From contig NW_021823957.1 in the NCBI RefSeq assembly GCF_006345805.1, positions 1 to 20,561 on the forward strand: a stretch of DNA of 20,561 nt, given 5' to 3'. Below are positions 9,081-19,653 of this stretch, piece by piece. This DNA is from Octopus sinensis. Taxonomy: Eukaryota. Both the position numbers and the translations under genes were made by a program. Under the pieces are notes generated by a model, which was not told the origin of the DNA, searched no databases, and worked only from the letters and a program-made list of their open reading frames with translations. Positions within the stretch are counted from its first letter, which is position 1. Each line of letters opens with the position of its first letter.

Positions 9081-9779
9081 ACACTGAAAATCAAATGAAT
9101 AATGATAGACCAACAGTCGATTATTCTCAGTCAAATCCAATCCTTTTTGAATCTACTCCAGATTCAATCAATTCTCCTGAACCCATTCAGTTATTCTTAT
9201 GTCTCAGTGAGAGAGAGAGACCAGCCATGGTCTGGCTTCACTTGTGAATATTCATTTTCTGGCAAATTTCCTTAGAGTCATTCTCTCTTTTTGGATGTGG
9301 GGAATATGATATGATTTGGCTGTGTCACCCCTATACTAAGTCTGTTTTTACTGAAGCATTTACAAACATATGTCATATGGTAAAGTCATTCAAATATGGC
9401 AATATAAATTGCAATTATCACTTTCAAACACAATAACCCAATCCCTAATGGCTTCAAGAAGACGCTAACTCATGGTCTTTTGATGGAGTAAAGACGAACC
9501 AAAAACGTTGACATTAACTCAGCTGTTTACCCTTAACATATTTTTCTTCTTTCTTCCAATATTAAATGCTACTTGTATTTTCTTGTGTATCCATAATTAC
9601 CAACCTCAGAGGATACTTTATGAAATACCAGTAATATCATTAATAGAATTTATTTTGCAGCTAACCATTCCACTGGAAATTAGGAATGTAACCTGTTCTC
9701 TTTCATCCTGACAAATGAAATAGCTCAGGTGAGTGTAAAATTTATAGAAATCAATTAGGTAGTGTAATTTTATACTCAC

Positions 9780-9851
9780 CGACTTGCCACCAATCTCTTC
9801 CTAACCTCTTAGCCACTCTCAGAAGATCCTTCTCCTTCAGCTCTGGACTCC
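9780..9851 (-). CDS. Penultimate 72-nt coding exon of the death-domain protein (N-terminal part of the domain)
   Basis: Acceptor ttatttcag (AG at 9853-9852) and donor G|GTGAGT (intron starts 9779), phase 1-1. Encodes SPELKEKDLLRVAKRLGRDWWQV and joins in frame to exon 8273-8074 via G+CG=Ala. Absent from the ORF track. Confidence 0.85.
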
Positions 9852-10085
9852 CTGAAATAAATATTTCCAAATTTTATAATTTATACTAAATTTCTTAATC
9901 TTTATTCTTGAGCCATGCTTATCATCAATGGTCAACTGGTGACCACTATGATTTTGGTCAACCTTTTTAATCTATGTAATAGCTCAATATTTTGGTCCAC
10001 AACAAAATAGATTAAACTTCTTAAACTTCGTCTCTCTATCAAGACATCCAACATAATCTAACAATGTTGTATTTATCACATTTAA

Positions 10086-11797
10086 TTAGTTAGTTAGTTA
10101 GTTAATTTGGTTCAAAAGCAAATAGCAAGGTCATGTAGGGGGACATGGAGTTAAGTACAGGGTGGTGTTCATGTAAAGAGTTCAGGACACTAGAGGTCAA
10201 GGGAGGCTTTGAACAAAGCGGTCGTCGGCATCTTCACCATCTCGTCTGGCAGCTTGTTCCACGGATCCGCAACCCGGACGGAGAAAGCTCCTCTCCTTCG
10301 ATTGAGATGAAATCGTCGCAGGTAGAGCTTTTCGGAATGACCCCGCAGCCGACGCTCTGGAGCAGGAGTGAAGAACTGCTCTTTCGAGAGGTTACACTTT
10401 CCGCTAATGATGTTGTGGGCGAGAATGAGATCACCACGGCGGCGGCGTTTTTCTAGAGAATAAAGGTCGAGCGTCTTCAGCCTTTCTTCATAGGACAAAT
10501 TTTTGAGACCATCAATCATGTGGGTAGCCAGCTTCTGGACTCTTTCGAGATGCTGAATGTCTTTGAAGAGATAAGGAGAAGAGGCTTGAATCCCGTACTC
10601 CAATATGGGTCTCACCAGCGGAACATAGAGTGGTAGGAATATGGCTGCTGTGAGCATTCCGAATGACCGTCGAATCAAGAACAGAATTCCGCGTGCTTTG
10701 TTGGCAGCATGGACGCACTGGGCCGAAGGCGAAATGGAGGAATCCACCAAGATACCCAGGTCCTTTACCTGATCGGTCCTCTCCAGAAGTAGACGGCCCA
10801 GCTCGAAATCAAGTTGAGTTGCAGGAGGAGAGCCAACAGGCAGATGACAGCATTTTGACACGTTCAGACACAGGTCCCATTCGTTAGACCACCTCCAAAT
10901 TTGGTGGAGGCATCCTCTATATCACCGCGAGGAGCGACCAATTTGACATCGTCGGCTAATAGAAGGGTGTGTTGCGTGAGGTCGTCGGGCAAGTCATTTA
11001 TGAAGACTAAGAACAATAAGGGTCCAAACACTGAACCTTCAGGCACGCCACAGCTCGCACTGGAGACGTCTGACCGCGAACCATTAACTTCGACTTGGAA
11101 GGAGCGATCTGAGAGGAAGGCACCAACCCATCGTACAATGTCCGGATGGAAACTATATGCTTGAAGCTTGACAAGTAATAGGCGGTGGTTTACCGAGTCA
11201 AAAGCTTTGGCAAAGTCCAATAAAACGATGTCACAGCATCACTATATCATCGAGGATGCGCGTCACCAATTCTTCCATTACCAGTAAGTTGGTCAAGCAT
11301 GATCTCTCTTCGGCACGAAGCCGTGTTGGGAATCAGAGATAGAGGCTGTGTTTTGGAGGTGGAGCATCATACTTTTCTTAAGGATGGTTTCGAACATCTT
11401 GCTGATTATTGATGTAAGGGAAACCGGTCGGTAGTTAAGCGGGCCTTCGCGGCTCCCTTTCTTCGAAATTGGCAGATTATCGCTGTTCTCCAGTCCGCAG
11501 GTATAACACCCGTCGCCAATGACATATTGAATAGACGTGTTAAGGGCTCGCAGATGACCGGAGCCAACGCTTTGATAACCTGTTGTTTTATGCCGTCAGG
11601 GCTTGACCCTTGTTGACATCGAGGCCTTGAATAACACGTTTGACTTCGTCCCGCGTGATGACAAATCGGAGCATTGGAGTACCGATCTATCAAATGGAGG
11701 GGGTTCACGACCATCATCTTTTTTTGAAAATAGTTGAAAAAGCCTCGGCAAGAATTGACACTGTTGATAAGGGTCCTCAATCGATACGCCTTTTGAG
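10086..11797 (-). mobile_element. 5'-truncated CR1-clade LINE (RT plus C-terminus, several frameshifts) with a (TAAC)n tail
   Basis: Motifs PDGI, PADWRTAII, LDFAKAFDSVNH, GVPEGSVFGPLLFLVFINDL, LADDVKL, KDLGILVD, LVRPILEY, LERVQKLAT, SYEERLKTLDLYSLEKRRRRGDLI, FSVRVADPWNKLP. Tail appears as (TTAG)n on the plus strand at 10086-10103. Confidence 0.95.
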
Positions 11798-11907
11798 TAT
11801 GTATGTACGTATGTATGAATGTGTTTATGCATGTGTGTATATATGTTTGTATGTATATATGTATATATGAGGGTATGTGTGTACGTACTTATGTATGTGT
11901 GTACGTA

Positions 11908-12235
11908 CGAGTGTGCGTCGAAAACTAATGTCATTTGTTTTAGGAAAGGTAGAATTACCAACACAGGAACATGTATCATACATCAAAATGAATCTTGGCC
12001 CCAGTGGATCACATCCCCACTCTTTAATATAGTTACCGTTTCTCTCAAAAGCAATGTTCCTTCTTCGAATGAGAGCATGTATTCCTGCCCTTAAAATTCT
12101 GTTGAATGTTCTTTGAGCCACTTCTTCACCACATTCTTACTTCCTCGTCACTGGTATAATGTTTGCCTCTCAAACCCTCTTTTGTTGCGCCGAAGAGATT
12201 ATAGTCTGAAGTGCTAAATCTGATTTGTGTGGAGG
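11908..12235 (-). mobile_element. Mariner-family transposon right end: transposase C-terminal fragment plus terminal inverted repeat
   Basis: Minus translation DLA.SDYNLFGATKEGLRGKHYTSDEEV / KKWLKEHSTEF / AGIHALIRRRNIAFERNGNY matches the mariner SPDLAPSDY region. Terminus TA|cgagtgtgcgtcgaaaactaatg resembles mariner TACGAGGG TIRs. Confidence 0.85.
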
Positions 12236-12358
12236 TAATGAAGAAATGGCTCAAAGAACACTCAACGGAATTTCACGGGCGGGGATACATGCAGTCATTC
12301 GAAGGTAGACCATTGCTTTTGAGGACCAGATTCATTTTGATGTATGATACATGTTCAT
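12235..12358 (+). mobile_element. Inverted partial copy of the same mariner end
   Basis: gaagaaatggctcaaagaacactcaacgg...cattgcttttgag and agattcattttgatgtatgatacatgttc are reverse-complement matches to 12045-12127 and 11967-11995. Confidence 0.8.
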
Positions 12359-12899
12359 GGACGGCCATCTGTCTGTCTGTATGTCTTTAAGTATGTATGT
12401 ATGCATGTCGCTCTTGAGTACTACTGGGAACATGTAACCAGTACAACATGATTCATGATCGTGCCGTCGGCGATTAAAATGGAAACCCCACCAGGCTTGC
12501 TTGGTGACGAGGATGTTGTTGGACACCTGCTGGATGCAAAATAAGACTCGTGAATGGCGCATGTACTCCTGAACTGTCAATTTCTTTATTAACCATATAA
12601 GGTTAAGAAAATGGGGTGATGATGCAAGGAGAGACAAAACAAATATTGGGGTGAAGGTATCGAATGATCCCCTGACGAACGTATGAAGTTGCAAATCCAA
12701 CGGAGGCCTCAAGCGACATTTTAAGACCTAGAAACAGCAGAATTTATCTGCAGGTCTTGGTGGCCCAATTTGAGGAGCAATCTATGTGGGTGTCTTTTCA
12801 GAATATTCTTTCGTTTGAAAAGCTACATCAGGAACCATAATGGTGCTAAGGTGTCGGTAAGAAGGTGGTCAAACTCTGTATAAGGTGTAGACAACCACC

Positions 12900-13440
12900 A
12901 TGTATGTATGTATGTATGTATGTATGTTATAGTATGTATGTATGTATGTATATATGTATGCATCTATGTATGTATGTATGTATGTATGTAATGTATGTAT
13001 GTTATATATGTATGCATGTATGCATAATTGAATGTATATATGAATGTATGTATGTATGAATTTATGTACATACACAAATAGATATATATACACATATATT
13101 ATATGCACACAGATATTTTATATACGGACACGTATAGATATATATACACAACGTGCATACATAAGTACATTCACACGTACATACATACCACATGTATGTA
13201 TGTTTGTATGTATGTATGTGTGTATGTTTGTATGTATGTGTGTGTATGTTGTATGTATGTATGTGTGTATGTTTGTATGTGTGTATGTATGTGTGTATGT
13301 TGTATGTGTGTATGTATGTCTGTATGTATGTATATGAGTATGTGTGTATGTATGTATGTATAATGTTTTAGTATGTATGTATGTAAGAATGTCTGTATGT
13401 CTGTATGTATGTGTGTCTATGCATGTATGTGTGTATAGGT
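12900..13440. repeat. Degenerate (TATG)n/(TG)n low-complexity tract
   Basis: Read directly. Confidence 0.95.
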
Positions 13441-13444
13441 GCAT

Positions 13445-14068
13445 TTGATAAATCGATTTGCCCGTTAAAGAACATTTGAAATGGAGTCCAGCAGATTGGA
13501 CGAATGTGTTGTGGTCGGACGAATCAAAGTTCAACTTGATCGGCAGAGATGGCAGGAAGTATGTAAGAAGGCGTATAGTCGAAGAATTCCATCCAAAATG
13601 CATCCAACCTTCAATTAGGCACTCTGGCGAAAGTGTGATGATGTAAGTGTGTATGTCGGGAAAAGACGTCAGTTCTATAATCCGAATGGATAGTAAGTCC
13701 TATCTAGAAATATTGAATAATACTATGCTTCCATACGCCCGAAAGCATTTAGACTTTCCATCATGACAACCACCCGAATGTCACCTGGTACCTACTCAGA
13801 AATTACATTATACCTAAGAGATTTCGGTTAATATAGTGACCAGCGTCGTCACCCGAGCTGAAACCCATCGAAAATCCTTGAGAATGGTTGGGTAGAACTG
13901 TGAAAAGTATTAAGAGAAAGAATAAGGACAAAAAGAAGGAGAATTTTTTTAAAATGTTATTAGCCGAAAGTGGGAAAAATCTCCGCAACAGTGATAAATG
14001 ATCTAAACATTTCTATGTTTCGCAGATGCAAAGCTGTATTAAGTAATTTTGGGTTCCCAAAATACTGA
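13445..14068 (+). mobile_element. Decayed Tc1-family (DD34E-type) transposase, catalytic half
   Basis: KEHLKWSPADWTNVLWSDESKFNLIGRDGRKYVRRR..EEFHPKCIQPSIRHSGESVM, FHHDNHP, PASSPELKPIENP*EWL and SMFRRCKAVLSNFGFPKY* match Tc1 WSDESKF / QDNDP / SPDLNPIENLW / SMPRRC motifs, interrupted by stops. Confidence 0.9.
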
Positions 14069-14667
14069 CTCTGTGATTTTATTGCTTTTTAGGGATTTCA
14101 GAATGAATTTTAAAAGCAAAACAACAACAAAATATGAAATGTTACCTGTTGACCTTAAGTTAAATGGTACTCTAATTTAGGATAATTATGATTTATTTTT
14201 AATCTAAAATTAACATATTGATTTTACTCTGTAAAGCTGTATACCCTAATAAAGCTCGTAAGAGTTTCTTTACTTAGATATACAATTAATTCAAGATTTA
14301 CAAGTTGAATATATAAAAGAAATGTCGGTTGAACATTAGTAAATTAGGGTTCTTAAGTTCGATGACGCCACTGCAATTGTTTGGAAAATGTGGATTTAGT
14401 GTCAAAAGCGAAAGAAGGATGTAGAAAGAAAACAAAGGGAAACTGTTCTGCAGCTATATATAGATGAGAGAGTACTAAACAAGGATTGAGTGACGAAGAA
14501 CACTTTAGTTGTGGAGTGGTCAAATTAGAGGAAGTCGTATAGATTCTCACGCAGCCAGTTCTAAAGAGTGTTTGAGTATTAGGAATGAATTAGGAGATAA
14601 AATGTTGGAAATCGCAATTCCATGACTCAAACAATTGAAAAGAACATAAATATGTGACTGTATAAAC

Positions 14668-16375
14668 GTATATGTGTGTATGTATCTATATACGTATGTG
14701 AGTATGTATGTATGTATATACGTATGCGTGTTGGTGTCTAAGTATGCTTGTATGTTTGTGTGTATGAACCTATGTATGTATGCTTTTACGTGTGTAGGTA
14801 TGTGTGTTAGTATGTACTGTATGTATGTATGTACACATCAATGCATGTATATTTTGTATGCAACAAGTATGTGTGTAGGTTTGCAATGTATGCATGCATG
14901 TATATATGTATGTGTGTATGTATATATATATGCTCGCATGCATGCATGTATCTTCGTATATGTGTATGTGTGTTTCTACGTGTGTATGTACGTCCGTATG
15001 CATGCATGTATGTGCGTGTACTGATGTATGTATTTATGTAAGTATGTATGTGTGTATGTGTACATATTCCATGCGTGTATGTATATAGGTAAAGATGCAT
15101 ACTTGCATGTAGGTGCCTATGTATGCACGTATGTATGCATCTACGTGCATATATATGTGTGTATGTATGTATGCATGTATGTACATGTATATGCGTGTAC
15201 GTATGTATGTATATATGTATGATTGTGTTTATGCATGCATGTTTATATGTATGGTTTTATGTATGTGTCTATGTATCTGCGTACGTATGTCTGTGTGTAT
15301 ATATTTATGTATGTATGCATGTGTGTATGTACTTATTTGTCTATATATGTATATGCATGTGTATCATTGTATGTATGTGTGCAGCATGAATATGTGTATG
15401 TAAGTGTGTATGTATGTGCGTATTATGTGTATGTGTATGTATGTAAGTGTGTATATGTGTATTTAAGTAAGTGTGTATGTGTGTATTTTTGAGTGTTCGT
15501 GTATATATGTGTGTATGTATCTGTGTAATTATGCATGTGTGTATGTGTATAAATGTGCATATTGATTTGCATGTGTATGTAAGTATATGTGAATGTATAT
15601 ATGGGTGCATGCGTGTATATGTGTGCTGCATATATGTTATGTGTTTAAGTTCACAAGTTTGTCTGCATACATGTGTACGCATAAATACATACATACACAC
15701 ATACATATATACATACATAATATATACAAAGATACAAAAACGCATACATACATACATATGAATGTGGATATGTATGTATTTATGTATGGATGCGTGTATG
15801 TTTGTGTGTATGTGCATGTCTATGTGTGTTTGTACGTATGTGATTAAGTATGGAATTATGTAAACCATGTGTATGTATATGTATGTTTATATGTGTGTAT
15901 GCATGTGTGTATGTATGTATTTAGGTATGCGCATTTGTATGTCTGTATGAATGTATGTGTGTGTATGTGCGAATGTGGGTGTATGTAAGTATGTGTGTAA
16001 TATTGTATGTGTGTGTGTATATCAGTGTGCATGTGTGTATGAATGTATGCGTGTAAGTGTGTATATATTGTGTAAGTATGTGTGTATGTATGTGACTCTA
16101 TGTGTGTATGTATGTATGTATGTACGGATGTGTATATGTCTGTGGGCATATGTGTATGTATGTATGTGTGTATAATGTTTGTGTGTGTCTATGTGTGTTA
16201 AATACATACTTACATATATACATACCTAATACAATCATACGCAGATACACATATACATACATATTCACATACATGCATTCATGCACACATACACACATAC
16301 ATAGATATCCAAACACTCAAATACATGCACACATATATGTACGTGAATATGTATGTATATGTGCAAACATGTGTG

Positions 16376-16410
<35 letters not shown>

Positions 16411-16735
16411 ATGTTTTTATGTATGTTTTTATATAGGTATGCATGAATGTATGTGCTTATTTTGTATGCATGTTTGTGCGTATGAGTGTATGTGTATATT
16501 AGTGTATGTATGCATGTTATATATATATGTGTATATGTATATACCTATATATGGGTATGTGTATGAATGTGTGTATGTATGTGTGTATGTATGTATGTAT
16601 GTATGTACGAATATGTGTACGTTTGTATGTGTGTATGTATGTGTGCATGTATATATGTATGTATGTGTGTATGCATGTATTTATATAAGCATGTGTATGT
16701 GTATATATGTGTCTGTGTGTGTATTTGTTGTGCCT
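14668..16735. repeat. ~2 kb cryptic TG/TA/TATG low-complexity tract
   Basis: Read directly. Source of many MYVC/HTYI ORFs. Confidence 0.95.
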
Positions 16736-16994
16736 TTGTTAGGGCATCCTTCTAGGAGAAGGTAACTCAGGTAACTGGGATAAGTCCGACATAAAACCTG
16801 CGGCTCAGTGGTTACCGATGATGTTCACTTGTTCTTCTTTTCGGATTATGGCTGCTGTCGCTTAGTGAGTGGGATTGACTCAGTGATCAGCCTTTCCTTA
16901 CATTAAAAAACTTCTTGCACAGGCATTGCACGATAACAACATTGATTAAGCTTTTGCGCAATGGCCATACTCGATAACGAGGGGGCAGCCACAA

Positions 16995-17327
16995 TGTATG
17001 TATGTGCGTATGCTTGTGGGTATGTATGAATGTTTGTACATACATACACACATGCATAGATACACGCATACATTTATACATATGTACACATACATATGTA
17101 CGTAAACAAATACACACATACACACATGTATATATGTATGTATGTGTGTATGTATGCACGTATGTATGTATGCATGTGTGTGTATATATATGTATGTATA
17201 CATGAATGAAGGTGTGAATGTGTGTGAATGTGTATATATGTGTGCATGAATTTGTGCATGTATGGAGGTATGCTTGCATGTATGTATGCATTCATCTATG
17301 TCTGTATGAATCTATGACTGTATCTAT

Positions 17328-17372
<45 letters not shown>

Positions 17373-17535
17373 CATGTATGTATCTATGTATGTTTACGTG
17401 TATCTGTTAAGTATGTATTCTTGTATGTATGAATGTATGTGGGTATGGTATTTGGAATAAATGTATGTACGTATGTACGTATGTATGTATGTATGTATCT
17501 GTTTGTGTGTATGTATGTATGTATGTGAGTATCTG
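16995..17535. repeat. TG/TA/TATG low-complexity tract
   Basis: Read directly. Confidence 0.95.
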
Positions 17536-17539
17536 TACA

Positions 17540-18842
17540 AAGCTGTAAGAACCAATTCTGAATGCCCAACATACTGACCGTGCGATATTATTGCTTTTTG
17601 TTGATCAGATATGCTCGGAGAGTGGAGATGTGTGTGCAGTAGGTGTTCGACATAAACCAACCGGTCAGCAATATTCGGGCACTGGACTAGGGCGTGCAGA
17701 ACAGTTTCACCTTTCTGGGCGCACCTCACGTGGGCCCGGGTGAAGGCATTTCCGTGCCTATAAATTTTATCCCAAACAGTCAGCGCCCCTCGGTAGCACT
17801 GTCAGGCAAGGGATTTCTTGAAGTTATCCATAGGCCCAGGCCCGAAAGTGCTGTGAAATAGATCGGTTAGTTGATCTTCATCGACATCCAAAGTTTCCCT
17901 GAGGACGTCGTCGCACTTTCCCTTCATTAGCACTCTTTAGAACACTAGAGTGGAAGTATTACCGACCGTATTGCCCGCATGGTGGAGGACTGTCAGTGCT
18001 TGACGGCACTCAAGGTGCCAAGCGCCCTTCTTCGGACTACGCCCAGTCAGGATTGCCGCTCAGTCAAAAAGACGAGCTGTGGAAAAGTGCCCCTTACAAA
18101 CGGTGATCACACCTGCTCACCGTCAAGGAAAGGCTGGAGATGACGCAACCTCAGCGCACGTCTGCGCATCAGTAACTAGGGCATGCCCAGTCCTCCACTC
18201 AGCAGTTATTGACATCAGATAGAGCGCCTGACCAGTGGAACGGGCATCTGCCACAGAAAACGGAAGAATAAACGCACAAGCTTGGTCAACCAGGAAACGG
18301 GACAAGGGACGACAGTCAAGCGGTAGGAGATGACAGGTGCCATGTACGCGATCGTCACCTCCGCCCAATCTTTCAGGTACAGCTTCCTCTTGGTCTATTT
18401 CCGGGTGAGTTTGGCTACCCTTTTCGTCACTTCTTCCCAGTTCTTCCCCACTCGGATGTCCGGACCAAACCAGACTCCGAGCAACTTGTTGGGACCGTCT
18501 GTCCAGCGCAGCATGACGCTGTTGGACCGCATGGCCTTGCCTCTCCATGTGCCGAGCTGCAAGTCCGCTGACTTTTCCGGGTTAATCTTTGCTCCTGTTA
18601 TCGCTTCATATTCCTGTAGTGTGTCGACTGTCAGGTCTACATGCCTGTGGCTCGACACTACGACGGGGACATCATCAGCGTAAGCAGATACATTTCTCTC
18701 ACATACTAGATCACGCGAGACACCCATTAACCCCCCCCCCCAGCTTCCGCAGTAAATGACTCAAGAGTCAGTACATACAGAAGGGAGGAGAGAGAGCACC
18801 CTTGACGGACGGAACGCAAGATGCTGAATGGCTCAGACAGGT
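17540..18842 (-). mobile_element. Tx1/L1-clade LINE ORF2 fragment (RT and C-terminal zinc-knuckle region), truncated at both ends
   Basis: LSEPFSILRSVRQGCSLSSLLYVLTLE, NVSAYADDV, YEAITGAKINPEKS, LLGVWFGPD, KNWEEV and RCAQKGETVLHALVQCP match L1/Tx1 ORF2 motifs. Frameshifts are present, including at a poly-C run near 18731. Confidence 0.9.
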
Positions 18843-19653
18843 TTGTAATGTATGCATGCATGTATATATGTATGTATGTGTGTATGTAATATATATATGC
18901 TCGCATGCATGCAAGTAGCTTCGTATTATATATATGTGTGTTTCTACGCGTGTATGTACGTACGTATGCATGCATGTATGTGCGTGTACTGATGTATGTA
19001 GTTATGTAAGTATGTACGTGTGTATGTGTACATATTCCATGCGCGTATGTATATAGGTATAGTTGCATACTTGCATGTAGGTGCCTATGTATGTATGCAC
19101 GTATGTATGCATCTACGTACATATGTATGTGTGTATGTATGTAAGTATGCATGTATGTACATGTATATGCGTGTACGTATGTATGTATATATGTATGATT
19201 GTGTTTATGCATGCATGTTTATATGTATGGTTTTATGTATGTGTCTAGTATGTGCGTACGTATGTCTGTGTTTATATATTTATGTATGTATGCATGTGTG
19301 TATGTACTTATGTGTGTATATATGTATATGAGTGTGTTTGAATGTATGTATGTGTGCAGCATGAATATGTGTACGTAAGTGTGTATGTATGTGTGTGTGT
19401 ATGTATGTATGAATGTATGTAGGTATGAATGCAAGCTTATATGTGTGTACGTATATATGTTCGTATACATGTATGTGTGTACATATGGTGTGTGTATGTG
19501 TATATGTAAGCATGCATGTTTGTATGTATATGTATGTCTGTGTGTATGTATATGTGCATATATGTATGTGTACATATGTATTATATGTATTTATATGCGT
19601 ATATGTACATGTATTTGTGTTTGTATGAGTGTATGTATGTATATGTGTGTATG
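18843..19653. repeat. TG/TA/TATG low-complexity tract; its first ~550 bp duplicate 14877-15418
   Basis: Shares non-simple landmark words with the earlier tract: gctcgcatgcatgca, tttctacg, catattccatgcg, tacttgcatgtaggtgcctatg, gcagcatgaatatg. Confidence 0.9.

Noticed and set aside
9440-9520. Possible hammerhead or Penelope remnant (ttcaagaagacg...ccaaaaacgttg) with a small gtcttt/aaagac stem
   Set aside because: Both core motifs deviate from consensus, so it is indistinguishable from chance.
9920-10060. Possible additional upstream exon (minus frame IMLDVLIERRSLRSLIYF...)
   Set aside because: It has an AG, but there is no convincing donor and no protein similarity that I recognise.
10145-10887. 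Plus-strand ORFs over the CR1 element (also 20032..20352) and off-frame ORFs over the Tx1 fragment
   Set aside because: Shadow frames of LINE coding sequence.
17535-18845. Microsatellite target specificity of the Tx1 fragment
   Set aside because: Some Tx1 families target repeats, but this copy is truncated at both ends and nearly every element here is flanked by microsatellites, so there is no evidence.
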